Assembly (NCBI RefSeq): GCF_036321535.1 | Contig: NC_087437.1 | Coordinates: 10,046,001-10,110,000 of the forward strand | DNA from: Camelus dromedarius | Lineage: Eukaryota | Direction: 5' to 3' | Length of the DNA stretch: 64,000 nt | Shown: piece by piece, positions 37,466 through 51,889 of the stretch | How the letters are laid out: every line of letters starts with the position of its first letter | How positions within the stretch are numbered: position 1 is the first letter of the stretch | Translations under genes and position numbers: made by a program | Notes under the pieces: generated by a model | The model's database searches: none | Told to the model about the DNA's origin: nothing | Seen by the model: only the letters and a program-made list of their open reading frames with translations

Positions 37466-38340
37466 ATGAGGAAACAGAGGAATAAGTTCCAAACAAAAGG
37501 ATGAAATTTAAAAAACACAGGAAAAAACTTTAATGAAATAAAGATAGTAATTAACCAGATTAGAAATTCAAAGGAATGGTCATAAAGTTGCTCACCAAAT
37601 GTGGGAAAGGACAGGTGAACACTTCAACAAAGAGACAGAAAATATAAGAAAATGTAAGACATCACAGAGCTGAAGAATACAATAACTGACCTGAAAAATA
37701 CACAAGAGGGGCTCAACAGCATACTAAATGAAGCAGAAGAAGAGATCAGCGATCTGGAAGACAGGGCAATGGAACTCACCCAAACAGAACAGCAAAAAGA
37801 AAAAAAGAGTTTTTAAAAAGTGATGCTAGCTTAAAGAACTTGTGGAACAACACCAAGCAGAATTACTTTGCATTATAAGGATCCCAGAAGGAGAAGAGAG
37901 AGAAAGGGGCAGAAAACTTATTTGAAGAAATAATGGCTGAAGTTTTCTTAATGTGGAGAAGAAAACAGACAACCAGATCAAGGAAGCCCAGAGTTCCAAA
38001 AATGATGAACCCAAAGAGTTCCACATCAAGACACATTATAAGTACAATGTCCAAAGTTAAAGAGAGAACGTTAAAAGCAGCGAGGAAAAACAACTTGTTA
38101 CATGCAAGGGAAACATTATGTTTCCTTCTTTTAGCAGAAACCTTTCAGTTCAGAAGGTGGAAGGGTATATTCAGTGCTGAAAGGAAAAAACTTCCAACCA
38201 AGAATACTCTACCTGGTGAGGTTATCATTCAGAATTAAAAGAGAGATAGTTTTCCAGATAAGCAAAAGTTAAAGGAGTTTATCATCACTAAACTGGCCTT
38301 GCAAGAAATGTTAAAGGGACTTCTTTATGTTGGGAAAAAA
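37466..38340 (+). pseudogene. L1 ORF1p remnant (disrupted)
   Basis: Fragments such as IIRIPEGEEREKGAENLFEEIMAE and MNPKSSTSRHIISTMSKVKERTLKAAR; many stops and frameshifts. Confidence 0.85.
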
Positions 38341-38789
38341 GTACTAATTAATGACAAGAAAGCATACAAAAATAAAATACCTCACTGATAAAGGTAAATA
38401 TATAGTGAAGGTAGTGAATCAATCACTTATAAATTGAGTATGAAAATTAAAAGACAATAGTAGTAAAATTAACTAAAACTACAATAATTAGTTAAGGAAT
38501 ACATAAAATAAAAAATATAAAATGTGACAGCAAAATCATATAACATGGAGGGTGAGTAAAAATGAAGCATTTTGGAATGACTTCAAATTTAAGTTGCTAT
38601 CAACTTAAAATAGATTGTTTTATGTGAACCTCACAGTAACCACAAAGCAAAAGCCAATGATAGACACACAAAAGAAAAAGAGAAAGGAACCTAAACATAA
38701 CACCAAAGAAAGTTATCAAACCACAAGGGAATAAAAGAAGAAAGAAAAGAGAGGAACTATAAAAAAATAGCCATAGAACTATTAACAAA

Positions 38790-41700
38790 ATGGCAGTAGG
38801 TCCATACCTATCAATAATTACTTTTACTGTGAATGGACTGAATTTTCCAATCAAAAACATAGAGTGGCTGAATGGATACAAAAAACAAGGCCATGTATAT
38901 GTTGCCAACAAGAGACTCACTTCAGATGTAAGGACACATACAGGCTGAAAGTGAAGGAAGGGGAAAAGATATCCCATGCAACTGGAAACAAAAAGAAAGC
39001 TGAAGTAACAATACCAATATCAGACAAGATAGACTTTAAAACAAAAACTGCAATTAAAGACAAAGAAATGTATTAAATAATGATAATGGGGTAAATCCAA
39101 CAAGAAGATACAATATTTACAAATATATATGCACCTAACATAAGTGCACCAACATACATAAAGCAAATATTAACAGACCAAAAGGCAGAAATACAACACT
39201 AGTAGAAGACTTTAACACTCCTTACATCAACGGATAGATCATGCAGACAGAAAATCAACAAGGAAACATTGGCATTAAGCAACACATTAGATCAGATATA
39301 TTTTATAGATATAGAGAGAGCACTCCATCCAAAAGCAGCAGAACATGCATTCTTTTCCAGTGAACATGGAACATTCTCCAGGATAGATCACATGTTAGGC
39401 CACGAAACAAGTCTCAATAAATTTAAGAAGGTTGAAATCATATCAAACATCTTTTTCTGAACACAATGGTATGAAACTTGAAATTAACTAGAAGAAGAAA
39501 ACTGAAAAAAATCACAATATGCAGAGATTAAACAAAATGCTACTGAACAACCATTGGGTGAACAAAGAAATCAAAGGAGAATTTTTAAAATACCTAGAGA
39601 CAAATAAAAATGGAAATATGACATTACCAAAATTTATGAGATGCAGCAAAAGCAGTTTTAAGTTAAATTCATAGCATACTGGTCTACCTCAAGAAAAAAG
39701 AACATCTCAAGTAAACAAACAATCTAACTTTACACCAAAATAAACTAGAAAAAGAAGAACAAAGCCAACAGTTTTAACAGAAGGAAGGAAATAATAAAAC
39801 TCAGAGCAGAAATAAATAACATAGAGAATAAAAAATGGATATCAATGAAACTGAGAGCTGGTTCTTGGAAAAGATAAACAGAATTGACAAACTGTTAGCT
39901 AGACTTGCCAAGGAAAAAAAGAATGAGGTCTCAAATAAAAATCAGAACTGAAAGAGAAATTACAAATGATACCACAGAAATACAAAGGATAATAAGAGAT
40001 TACTACAAACAATTATATGCCAACAAATTGGACAACCTAGAAAAAAAATGGATATACTCTTAGAATCATACAATCATCCAAGACAATTGGAAAAAATAAA
40101 AAATCTAAATGGATAAATTACTAGTAAGGAAATTGAGTCAATAATCATAAACCTTTCAACAAACAAAAGTCCAGGACCAGACAGCTTCATTGGTGAGTTC
40201 TACCAAACAGTCAAAGATTTAATACCTATCCTTCTCAAAATCTTCCAAAAAATTGAAGAGGAATGAATGTTTCCAGTCAAATTTTACAAGGCCAACATAA
40301 CCCTGATACCAAAACCAAATAAGGACACACAAAAAAAGAAAAAAAAAAAAAAAGGAAATTACAGGCCAATATCTTTGATGAACACAGATGCAAAAATCCT
40401 CAACAAAATATTGGCAAATCAAATTCAACAATATATTAAAATCATCATACACCATAATCAAGTGGGATTAACTCCCGGGATGTAAAGGTTGTTCAACATA
40501 TGCAAATCAATCAACCTCATACAACACATTAACAAAATGAAGGATAAAAATCATATAATCATCTCAATAGATGCAGGAAAATATTTGACAAAATTCAACA
40601 GCCCTTTATGGTAAAAAAAACAAACAAAACAAAACCCTCTCAGCAAAGCAGCTGGGTGTAGAGAGACTACACCTCAACATAATAAAGGCCACATATGACA
40701 GACCCACAGCTAACATCATCCTAATGGTGAAAAGCTGAAAGCATTTCCTCCAAGTTCAGAAACAAAACAAGGACGCCCCCTTCACCCACTTTTGTTTATT
40801 GTAATTCTTGCCAGAGAAGTTAAACAAGAAAAAGAAACTAAGGCATCCAAATTGGAAAGGAAGAAGTTAAACATTCACTATTTGCAGGTGACATAATTTT
40901 ATATACAGAAAACTCTAAAAGATGTCACCAAAAAACTGCTAGAACTAATAAGCAAATTCAGTAAAGTGGCAGTGTACAAAATCAATATACAGAAGTCAAT
41001 TGCATTTCTGTACACTAACAACTAACTATCAGAAAGACAGTTTAAGAAAACAATCCCATTTACAATTGCATCAAATACCCAGGAATAAATTCAACCGAAG
41101 TGAGAGACCTACACACTATAAGTCATTGATACAAGAAATTGAAGAGGATATAATGAAATGGAAGATATTCTGTGCTCATGGACTTGAAGATTTAATACTG
41201 TTAAAGTATCCATATTACTGAAAGAATACATAGATTTAATGCAATTCCTATTAAATTCTAATTTTTTTACAGAAGAAGACAATCTTAAAATTTGTATAGA
41301 ATCAAAGAAAGACATCAAATAACTAAAACAATATTGAGAAAGAAGAACAAATCTGAAGGCACCACCCTCCTTGATTTCAAACTATACTATAAAGCTATAG
41401 AAATCTAAACAGTATGGTATTAGCATAAAAACAGACACATAGATCAGTGGAACAGAATAAAGAACCCACAAATAAACCCACCCATAGGTGGTCAATTAAT
41501 TTATGACAAAGGAGGAAAAACTATATGGTGGGTAAAGGATGGCCCATTAATAAATAGTGCTGGGAAAACTTGACAGCCACATGCAAAGGAATAAAACTAG
41601 ATCACTGTTTCACAGCATGCACAAAAATCAACTCAAAATGGATTAAGGACTTGACTGTAAGATCTAAAACCATAAAACTCCTGGAAGAAAACATAAACTA

Positions 41701-42429
41701 TAAGCTACTTGACATCAGTCTTGACAATGAATTTTTAGATGTGACTCCAAAAGCAAAGGCAACAAAGCAAAAATAAACAAGTGGGACTACATAAAACTCA
41801 AAAGCTTTTGCACAGCAAAGGAAACCATCAACAAAATGAAAAGAAAACCCACTGAGTGGGAGAAAATATTTGCAAATCATATATCTGATAAGGAATTAAT
41901 ATCTAAAAATATATAAAGAATTTGAAAAACTCAATAGTAAAAAAAAAATCCTATAAACAATAAAATTAAAAATGGACAGAAGATCTGAATAGAAAATTTT
42001 CCAAAGAAAAAATATAGATGGCCATCAGGCGCATGAAAAGATGCTCAACATCACTAATCATAAGGGAAATGCAAATCAAAACACAATGAGATGTTACATC
42101 ATACCTGTCAGAATGGCTATTATCAAAAAAACAAGAAATAACAAATGTTGGCAAGATGTGGAGAAAAGGGAACCCTAGCACACTATTGGTGGAAATGTAG
42201 TTTGGTGCAGCCACCATGGAAAATGGTATGGGGTTTCCTAAAAAAATTGAAAAAGGAACTATCATATGATCCAGCAATTCCACTTCTGGATATTTATCTG
42301 AAGAAAATGAAAATACTAACCCAAAAAGATATCTGTACGCATATGTTTACCACAGCATTATTTACAATTGTCAAAACATGGCAACAACCTAAGTGTCCAT
42401 CAATAGATGAATGGATAAAGAAGAAGTTG

Positions 42430-42465
<36 letters not shown>

Positions 42466-42560
42466 GGAATACTACTCAGTTATAAAAATAACTAAATCTT
42501 GCCTTTTATGACAGTATGAATGGACTTAAGGGAATTATGCTAAGCAAAATAAGTCAGAGA
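38790..42560 (+). pseudogene. L1 ORF2p remnant (endonuclease/RT/C-terminal domain, disrupted)
   Basis: [60 protein letters not shown] (FADD motif broken), [22 protein letters not shown]. Confidence 0.93.
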
Positions 42561-43539
42561 AAGACAAATACCATATTATTTCACTTATATGTGGAATCTA
42601 AAAAACAAAACAAAATGAAACCAAACTCAGAGATACGGAAAACAGAATGGTGACTGCTGTGGGGAGGGAGGGTGAAACGGGTAAAGGTGGTCAAGAAGTA
42701 CAAAGTTCCAGTTATAAAATAAATGTCATGGGGATGTAAAAACATTCTGAAAACCATATTCTTAATCTGTAAAACTGATGAATGTCATGATTTTTTGATT
42801 TTTAAAATTGCTTTTAAAATTGCACGTACAAGTTTGAATAAAATGGTTTTTGAAATGTGAGATGAGAAAAGAGGAATATTCAAAATTGTTATTAATGTGT
42901 ATAATATTAAATATGCATATACAACTAAGTGAATTGCATATTATACTGCTGTAATGATCAGAGTTTATATTTCTATGCAAACAGAGATAGTTATATGTTT
43001 TCTTTACTATCGGATACCATGTGCATCAGACAGCGATTGGCATGTGCTGGGCATTAAATGTTCATTGAATGAATAAATACAGTTGGTTTAAAACTGTCCT
43101 ATAATCTCTCACTGAGAAAGAGTGAATTTCCTTTCAGGATATCATTATATCCAAACGTATACAGTAGGATCATACTTTTGTTGAGTTTGGGGTGTGGATC
43201 CACAAAGGAACAAAAATGAAAATAGCTTTATACTGCTTAAGATCTGTTTATGGTGTGATTACTGATAACTCCATTATTTCTTCATCTCTCTTTTAAAGTG
43301 TTAGTACCATTCTCAAGACATCTAGGTCCTCTTCCTGTGAAATTATGTGAATTGAACCAATTAAATGTATTGGGTATTTTATAGGCAAATATTCTAAAAG
43401 CAGATAACATGAGCCCTTCAAAGTTTATTCTTTTTTTTCCTCTGTTGTTTTAATGAAGGATGATGGGTTTTTCTACATGTATGGAAGCACCAATTCAGAA
43501 ATAAGTCTGTGTTGTGGCTAAGTCTATCCCCTTGATCAG

Positions 43540-43720
43540 TTTGGAAGGACTGCCAGCTGACCAGTAAAATTAATGAAGTGAACCAACTCTGAGAACAACT
43601 TTAGGGAAGAAAAAACATGTTCTGAGCTACAGTTTCCTCACCAGTAATAAAAAAAAAAAAAAGGAGTTGGAATAAGTACTTTATAAAGACCATTTCAGCT
43701 CAAAATTTTCCATATTTCTA
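43540..43720 (+). mobile_element. MIR3/MIR fragment
   Basis: tctgagctacagtttcctcaccagtaa...accatttcagctcaaaattttcc. Confidence 0.55.
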
Positions 43721-44125
43721 AGCTACTTGCCAGCATTCTAGTGTATGTAAAATGAGATTCTTTGTATAATTTGCTAGTTGCGTTTTGTATCTTCAGCAAT
43801 TACCACTTTGAGGCTATCCTTTACCCTGATTAAGGATGGATGAGTCATTTCCACTAAAACCCAATCATTATACAGAAACCCTTACAAGAAGCCTTTGCAT
43901 TACACAAGCTATAGAGGGTCCTGGCCACTCAGCATGCTTGTGCATTCAGTTAGCATGTCCTTCAGCATCAGTAATTGTCAGAAAAGTTGAGCAAGGCTAG
44001 AATTCCATGTAGTCACAGAAATGATTGCTTTTTATATTGAACTGCTTCCAGGACGTCAGTCTTGCAGTAAGCTCCTGTATAGTGAATACCTACTTTGCCC
44101 CAAGGGAAGTTCTATGCACCATGGG

Positions 44126-44178
44126 AAATAAAATAAAATAAAATAAAATAATAAAATAAAATAAAATAAAATAAAAAA
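44126..44178 (+). repeat. (AAAAT)n simple repeat
   Basis: Direct reading. Confidence 0.93.
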
Positions 44179-44574
44179 GGAAGGCACAGTCCTGAGCAAT
44201 ACGTTCTTGGACTGGAGTTTCTCTTTCCTATTTGGTTCTCTTTGGTTTTTAGAACGTCAGTCACGTTCACACACATAGAGAAACAACAGGGAACACACTG
44301 CATGGGGTAATATGCTAGGATTCCATGTCACATAAAGCCAAAAAATGATCTTGTTGCTCTTAGTAACAAAAGCAGGTTAAAATTATTCCTTTAAAAACTA
44401 TTTTATCCATTTGTAATTTTATGTGAGGTGTAGCTAACTTTTAACAAAGTAATGTGAAAGATTTCTTTCTTTTTCTATTAGTTTATTTCCTAAATCATCA
44501 TAAATATCTGGTTTCTTATGGAAAAAGAGTCTGAATGAAATTTCTGGAGCTACAACTCAATAAAAACCTACTCT

Positions 44575-45640
44575 GAACTACTAGACAGAAAATCAGTGAG
44601 ACTATAGACTTGAGTACCACCATCAACAAACTTGACCTAACCGACATGCAGAGAACCCTCCACCAACACAGCAGAATTTATACTGCATACTATTTTCAAG
44701 AGTAGAATATTCTTTAGGGTAGACCACACACTTGGTAATAAAACAAATCGCAATGTTTGTAAGAGGATTTAAATCATGCAAATAATGTTCTCCCAATACA
44801 ATGGAATAAAATTATGAATACAATGAAAGAAATCTGGGAAATCCTCAATTATTTGGAAATTAAAAACCATAATTATAAATTACTAATAGATTGAAGAAGA
44901 AATCAAAAGGGAAATTTAAAAATAGCAGGCTAAATATAAATGCAACTGAATAAAAACAAGCCATATTAACATTTATGAGAGGCAGTTAAATCAGTGTTTA
45001 GAGGTAATGTTGTATTTTTAAACACTTATATTAAAATAGAAGAATATAATCTGGATGTGCTTCTTAAGAAGCTAGAAAAAAGGAAAGAAAAATCAAAGCC
45101 AGGATAAAAAAATGAAGATCAGAACATAAATCAGTAAGATACAAAATAGAAAATAATAAAGAAAATCAATGAAACCAAAATTTAGTTCTTTGAAATGAAT
45201 AATTGGTAAAATTTTACTTAAACTGACCAAGAAAATGAGGTGATACAAATTAGGAATTAAAAAAAATCACTATAGAACACAGAGAAATTTAAAGGATTAA
45301 ATGGAAATACCATGAAAAGCTTTATAACAACATATTGAACAGCTTAGATGAAGTGGAGAAACTTCTAAAAAGACATAAATTACTAAAACTGACTCAGAAG
45401 AAATAGAATATTTGAATAGACCTATATGTTAAGATATTAGTAATGAAAAATATTGTCACACACATTAAAAAAAAAAAAAATCAAGGCCCAGATGACTTCA
45501 CTGGTGAATTCTAACAAACATTTAAGTAAAAATTCATACCAATCCAAAACAAATACTCGGAAAATAGAGAAAATTACATCCCCAATTCAATTTATGAGGC
45601 CAAGATTACCCTAAATCCAAAGCCAGATGACATCAACATC
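44575..45640 (+). mobile_element. Old L1M ORF2 fragment (endonuclease end to RT start)
   Basis: agacagaaaatcagtgag...aatcaatgaaaccaaaatttagttctttgaa...aggcccagatgacttcactggtgaattct...tatgaggccaagattaccctaa. Confidence 0.85.
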
Positions 45641-45789
45641 GCAAGAAAGGGACACAATGGTGGTAATACACCACAATTTGGTGGATTTGCTGGGGAGAAG
45701 GGAGATGTATCTTTTCATATTAGTTAGCGGTATCTGTTCCCCCAAAGAGATGGAAATAACTTTCACTTGGCTGCATGAATAGATACGAT

Positions 45790-46330
45790 AGAACTCGTTT
45801 TTGAGCAGTTGCTCTACACTAAGCACTGTGCCAAGCACTGGGAAATCAGAAGCAAGTGCTAGTCTTTATCTTTAAGTTGCTCGCCCTCTTCTAGAAGAGG
45901 GCAGAATGTAATCGAGCAGCTGTTCTTATGTTCCTAAAGCTCTATAATAATGTTGTGGATTGCACTGCTATATAAAAGGAAGGGTTCAATCTCAATGATA
46001 TTAAGAATTGCTTCAGAGAAAAGAAGAAATACTTAAACAACCTTGAGAAATCTTAGAGGACACTCATTTTTACGGTCAGGAATTTGGACTTTACCCTGAA
46101 GTTCGGTGTTTCTGAAAATATGGGGAAATCACTTAAGTTAGATAAAGCTGAGCTGTGTGAGCCCTGACCCTACAAATACGGAATCAGAATCTCTGTGGCA
46201 CAGACTAGGAATTTGTAACAACAGTGAGTTTTCCAAAGTTTGAGAACCCTGTATTTGGTAATGAGGTAGCATCAAAGGGTTTTGAAGGGGTTTGTGATAA
46301 CATGAACGAATTCTGAATTCTCACTTTGGT
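45790..46330 (-). mobile_element. Decayed L2 with a nested MER5-like fragment (about 46100-46250)
   Basis: ttgagcagttgctctacactaagcactgtgccaagcactggg; gaatttggactttaccctg; gaatcagaatctctg...aaagtttgagaacc. Confidence 0.5.
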
Positions 46331-47937
46331 CTCTGCTCAGTTGGCTCTCCTACCTGACTGTTCTCTTCTTGGCTTTTCTTAACGTCTTGCTCCACAAGCA
46401 CCAGCTCTGTTGCTGTGACCTGCAGTGAGTCTTTGCATCTTCCACCAGGCCAGCTGACCTCCCACGTCTTGGTCTCAGGTCTTAGGGAATCACGGTTTTA
46501 CTAACTGGGTTTATTAAACCCGGCACTCAAAGTCCATCACATCCATGCCGTTCCATCTTCACCCGGACCTTGATCTTCTTGGCAAGTGCACAATGACTCT
46601 TGGGCTGGCTACCCAAACCTACTGCTTCATATTTCCTCCCTCTAAAGGCCCTTAATCATCTTTACAGTTCTGTTTTCAGGAGCTATCTTTCAATATGACT
46701 AATGAAATTAGTTATTTTGCATAATTATGCATAAGAAGAGTTAAACAAAAATACTGTATATGGATACACGAGGTGGAAATATTTGACAATAACCTGAGAA
46801 TTATCAAGAAGTAATTTCTATGCAGCAGGGAGCAGAGAGAAGCCCTTTCATAAATCGTATCCTATTGGAAAAATGTTTTTCCATCGAAGGAAAAGCCACT
46901 GTTTTTCAAGGCAGAGGAACGGATTTCAGACTTGCAAGCATTTAGAACAGAGAGAGGGAACAAGCTATGATTAAAACCCTCAGAGAGGAAAGTCCTCAGA
47001 GGAACAGATATGCAGTTCCTAAGAAAGCAAACTTCATTAGATTCCAGAACTGAAGTGAAATTTATAGTAGGTATTAATCAGAGGAGGAAGCTATGCACAT
47101 ATAGTTAATGAAGTTGCCATATTATCCATATGAACTTTGAACACTACCGACAAAGAGCTGAAACGTCTCTGCAATTAAGATGAGGAAGGCAACTATTCAA
47201 ACACAGACATCTTGGGACTTGGAACAGATGGGACTTAGAATAAACTCATTGAATGACAAAAAACCAGAACAAGAGAAAAATAGCAGGACAGAGATATTTC
47301 CCTAAGGTTTTCGCCGGTTCTCTGTTGAAAATGCACTAAAAATGTAACATCAGAATTACAATCCACATGGAAGATTTTGTTGTGCATAGTTTATAATCAT
47401 GCATACTTGACGTGCTAGGTGAATTTTACCTCATACATTCTTCATAGAAGTTTAATTACTCAAAGTCTTCTTATTGTCTTTAGAAACTCTTGATTTAAGA
47501 TGTTAATGATGTATTTCAGAGTTTTATTGACTTAACTAACAAAAACAGTAAGACTCTGGTCATCCAGGGTGGGAGAGCAGAGAGACAGTCTGCAATACAG
47601 AATAATGTCTTACTGAGGTCTGAACACTGATGCTGGTCTCAGTCCCATGTTCACCCTGGTACAGTCTTAAAGTTGTCTCAACTGCAAGCTCCTTGACTTG
47701 ACTTTTCACATAGACACTCATCATCCCCTCAACATATCTGCACAAGGCATTAACCTCCTGATCAGTTTTGGGTTGTGTTATCCAGTCTTTCCGGGAAGCC
47801 AGAATCTCTGAGCATCTGATCCAACAGAACCTAGATATGGGAGAGGCTGAGGCTCCTCCCATGCTGGCTCAACAGAGGCCATAATAAATCCCGTCCTGCA
47901 TCCATAGGGGAGGCTGAGCCAGATGGAGGTATTAGAG

Positions 47938-48125
47938 AGGTGGTCCCCAAATTCTAGCACACACCAGAGTCACCTACAGGGCTTATTTAAACCTGAATTG
48001 CTGGACCTACTTCAGAGTTCTTGATTGAGCAGGTCTAGGATAGGCATAAAAACTTGCATTTATTACAAGTACTCAGGAGACGCTGTTACTGCTTTTCCAG
48101 ATACCACACGTGAAGAATTATTGTG
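47938..48125. mobile_element. MER5A-like DNA transposon
   Basis: gtggtccccaaatt...cagagtcacct...ttcttgattgagcaggtctagg...ttgcatttattacaagt...accacacgtgaag. Confidence 0.75.
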
Positions 48126-49273
48126 TGAGGAGTAAGGTGACAGCAGTCTAACACATGGGCTTGGATGGGACTGAGTAAATGGGGGAGACATGTCAACCAG
48201 GTCCAGTACCCACACACTTCATTCATTCATATACACCCTCAGAGTGATTGCACATGAACTGGGGTACCCAGTGGGGTGATCTAGAGAGGAATCTGAGGAA
48301 AAGCTAATGAGACTACCTTTTTCATCCAACACACATTTGTTGAGTGCCTGCTGGGCAGTAGGTGCTGGGCTAGGCACCAGGCATTCAGAAAGGAAACGTT
48401 ATCCTTGCTCTTGTGAAGAGCATTCTATTTTGAGATGTCTAAAACAATGATTTTTTTTTCCATCTCCATAAATCATGTTGCCTCTGGCTTCTGATTTGAT
48501 GACTTTTCATTTCTGAGGCAAGTCAGATGCTGCTTAGAAAAAAGAAATCATTGTTCAGCTTTAAGCTTCAAAAAAATTTTTTTTTCTTGAGTCCATAGCA
48601 GGATAAGAGTCTTGAAAGCCCAGGCTTTGTTTAGAGACAAAATCCTTTGCTAAACTCCAAAGCCTGGCTTTTACACAACAAGAGCAAAGCTTGGAAGTCT
48701 GAGCATAGAGTTTTTACTCTACAGAACAGGGAGAATTTGATAGATGTACGGTTTCTGTCACAGAATAAGGGAGAATACAAATCCCACGGGTCTCTGGAAG
48801 GAGGACACAATTAATTATAGAAAGAAATTTCGACAAGATAAGACCAGGGTAGAGTCATTGTTTCTCTGCAGCTCAGTGTCCTAATTCCCTGAACATGAGC
48901 CCAGAGGGGCAATAGATTTCTGATGACAGAAACTCAACAACAAAAATCCCACCTAGCTCAAAGAGAATCCAAGAGTGGCTAAGCTGGTGTTCAGCTTCTC
49001 CTCCAACACGTCCAACACATTGTGAGGATGGTGGAGTATTATTCGTGGGGTGAATTGTCTAGATTATGATCCAGAAATACTACCTTACTCTTTCCCTCAT
49101 GCTTACTCATAGCCTGGTGAAGATTCAGAAACACCCACATGACCGTAGGAAGGATGTGAGAGGTAGCTGGAAATTTTAGACCCTATGTGCCTATGGAAGG
49201 ATCACAGTCGTGGAGGGCAAAGCGTTCCTACAATCCAAGCTGAGTACCGGACAGTCCAAAACCAGGAGGGTAC

Positions 49274-49322
49274 ATCAGAAATTGACACATTGTAACTGAC
49301 TAACTACAATTAAAAAAAAAAA
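49274..49322 (+). mobile_element. Very short camelid-type L1 3' terminus with poly(A)
   Basis: atcagaaattgacacattgtaactgactaactacaatt followed by an A-run. Confidence 0.7.
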
Positions 49323-49329
49323 TGGGGGA

Positions 49330-49900
49330 CATGAAGCACTTGAGTTAGAAAAGTGTTAACAGCACCTGATGGGGCCGAGGCAAGGAGCCGGGCAGCAGAG
49401 ACAGATGCCAGCGCCCAAAGACTCAACTTAAGTGAGCTGTGTCTCAACCAAACACCATCCACATTCCCAAAAGGACCCAAGCCCCCCGCCCTCCAGCCAG
49501 CAGCGTGAAGTTGGGTAAAATTTCTCCTACACTTTGATGACATAAGAAAAAAGAAAGGGGAGACAGGAAAAAGTCTTGAAAGACTGAGTTGTTACTGAAA
49601 AAGAAACTGCGTTTACCAAATGGAGACTCCTAAACTGAAAGAAACAGTTTATCCAAAAGACACTATTTTAAACTGGAAGACACTGGTATATCTTTAATGA
49701 ACAAGCTTAGATTGTAGTGTTGTTTTTGCTGCGGTGGTTGGTGCTGCTGATGAGCAGGAATGGAGATTTCAGAGGAAATATTAGTTAGAAAATATTTAAA
49801 AGCTGAGATCTGTTTTATTATAGGAAAGGAAAGAGGGAGATTCCTGAATTGCTCTGAACAGATTTCAAACCTACCACCATTACAGGAATTTCTAAAGTGT
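49330..49900 (+). mobile_element. Possible ancient LTR remnant (Gypsy-like MamGypLTR/LTR85-type)
   Basis: Repeated agactgagttgtt / aaactggaagacactgg / gagactcctaaactg motifs resemble these families; boundaries uncertain. Confidence 0.3.
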
Positions 49901-50655
49901 TTGGCTCATGTCTCTACACAGAGAGTTACAAAAATTTCACTCCTTTAGTGGTTAAGTCGGGGGAAATTCAGGCTCCAGCTGAGACAGAAACCTCCAGGTT
50001 GAACAAAGAAGTGGGACCCAGCGTTGAGAACCAAAGAGTCAGATCTGAAGGAGCTAAACGGGTATGTTAGAAGAAAATGGTGACAATGATTATAGAGGCA
50101 TACAGGGTAACAGGACAGGAACTGAACACGCCATCATCGCCATGGGGACACTACAGCTGCCAGGCACATAGTAGGTGCCCATTAAATGTGTTGAAATAAA
50201 TGACGAAGTAAAGTGTGGAACTATTAACTGAGTTCTAGAATGAAATCTCTGGGACTTTTACAGGCTAGATGTAAATTCATGAATAACTTGAGGGGAAAAC
50301 CAGAGGGACTATTAGCCATTTCAGCCACCCTCCCTCACCTACATCCATTTTCCAGGGTAATGGGCTTGGTGAAAAAGGTGAGGTCCTATGGATGGTGGGA
50401 AGTAAGCCTCCCACAAGCACCTCTTTGGGGTTGTATTTTTCCCCAATAAATTTGTGGCTAAATCTTGGCCAGGAATCTAGCACCTCTTAGTAACGTGTTC
50501 TGGTTCCCCACTCTACACTCCTGAAGTGGTCACAGGGACGTAGATTCTGTGTCTGGCTCTAACAGGGAAGAATGTGATAAATCCCCAAAGAGGAAGCAAT
50601 AGGATTCCAAAGGCCTTTGGATTATGACCATGGTCCCCTTAAAAAACACCCGCTG

Positions 50656-50935
50656 TAACAGAAACAGACTCATAGACAGAATACAAACTTGTAGTTGCCA
50701 AGGAGGCAGCGGGTGGGAAGGGATAGACCGAGATTTCAAAACTGCAGAATAGATAAACGAGATTATACTGTGTAGCACAGGGAAATATACACAAGATCTT
50801 GTGGTAGCTCACAGAGAAAACAACGTGACAATGAATATATATATGTTCATGTATAATTGAAAAATTGTGCTCTACACTAGAATTTGATACAAAATTGTAA
50901 AATGATTATAAATCAATAAAAAATGTTAAAACAAA
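50656..50935 (+). mobile_element. Young camelid-type L1 3' end
   Basis: acagaaacagactcatagacaga...ctgtgtagcacagggaaatatac...aatcaataaaaaa; 15-bp TSD aaaaaacacccgctg (50641-50655) / aaaaaacacccactg (50936-50950). Confidence 0.93.
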
Positions 50936-51889
50936 AAAAAACACCCACTGGGTGTCAGCACTGGCCATAAGCATGTATGTAATTGGAAGAGAGCCAGGGC
51001 CATCCCTGAGCTCCCAAAATGTATAAATCATGAGACAGAAAAGGGTGTCTCTAGGATACTTCTGCCAGAAACGACCTCCTTAGAGGCTTTCTAGTGTTCT
51101 CATTGGACCCAGGAGTTTCAGGGGAGAGAGCAAGATGGAAGCCTCACAGTGAGAGTGACAAGTTTTTCTGCCTGATGCTGCCTCCTCCTCTCCTCTCTTA
51201 TTCTATCTTGATGAACCCACAGAAAAAAAATAACAGTCAATAACTCCATTGGGTTATCCTGCTATTGAGAAAAATGCTTCCTAGTTCACTGCCACAAACT
51301 GTAGCCCAGAGCTCAGAGTGGTCGGTTTGGGATTTGAATTAACATCTTCTTGATTCCAAAATCTTACATTCCCCATGAACGCCAGGCTGTTGGCCACCAT
51401 ATGTCTGAAAATTCATGCCTCGCGTTAGTCATTTTTGAGGAGAACCTGTAGGCTTTTATTTAAAGCCTTCTTTGAGCATTGTTTGGTTTGTTTTGGGTTT
51501 GGGGTTTTTGTTTGTTTGTTTTTGTTGTTGTTGTTTTTGCCGAAAGGTATTTAAATTAAGTCTTAGATTACTCTAGAGAAATAAAAGTTTGTAACAAAGG
51601 GGCTGATTTTAAGCTGGAGATACTCCGAGGAACAGAGCTCGTGATGTCTGAGAATGCTGGAGACTTGCGTTCCCTGCCCAGGCCTGTCTTTCAAGTAGAA
51701 CTGATTGTGTGCTGAAGCAGTTTAAGCCGTGCCTCTGATACACAGCTGGGAAAAGGCTGACGTCAACGATAAGCAGCGCAAACTACAGAAGAATCCGAGG
51801 ATGATGTGGTCAGCAGAAGGGAGTCAGCGTTAGATAAGAGTCCTGGGGAGCGTGGCCGGGCGAGAAGAGTGGCAGATGAGAATTCAACC

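Larger units (their letters stand above)
35631..42747 (+). mobile_element. Near-full-length decayed LINE-1 (L1MA9-like/laurasiatherian)
   Basis: GC-richer 5' UTR, ORF1 remnant from about 37466, ORF2 remnant from about 38790, shortened 3' UTR; flanking direct repeat tgaaaacca (35622-35630 / 42748-42756). Confidence 0.95.
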
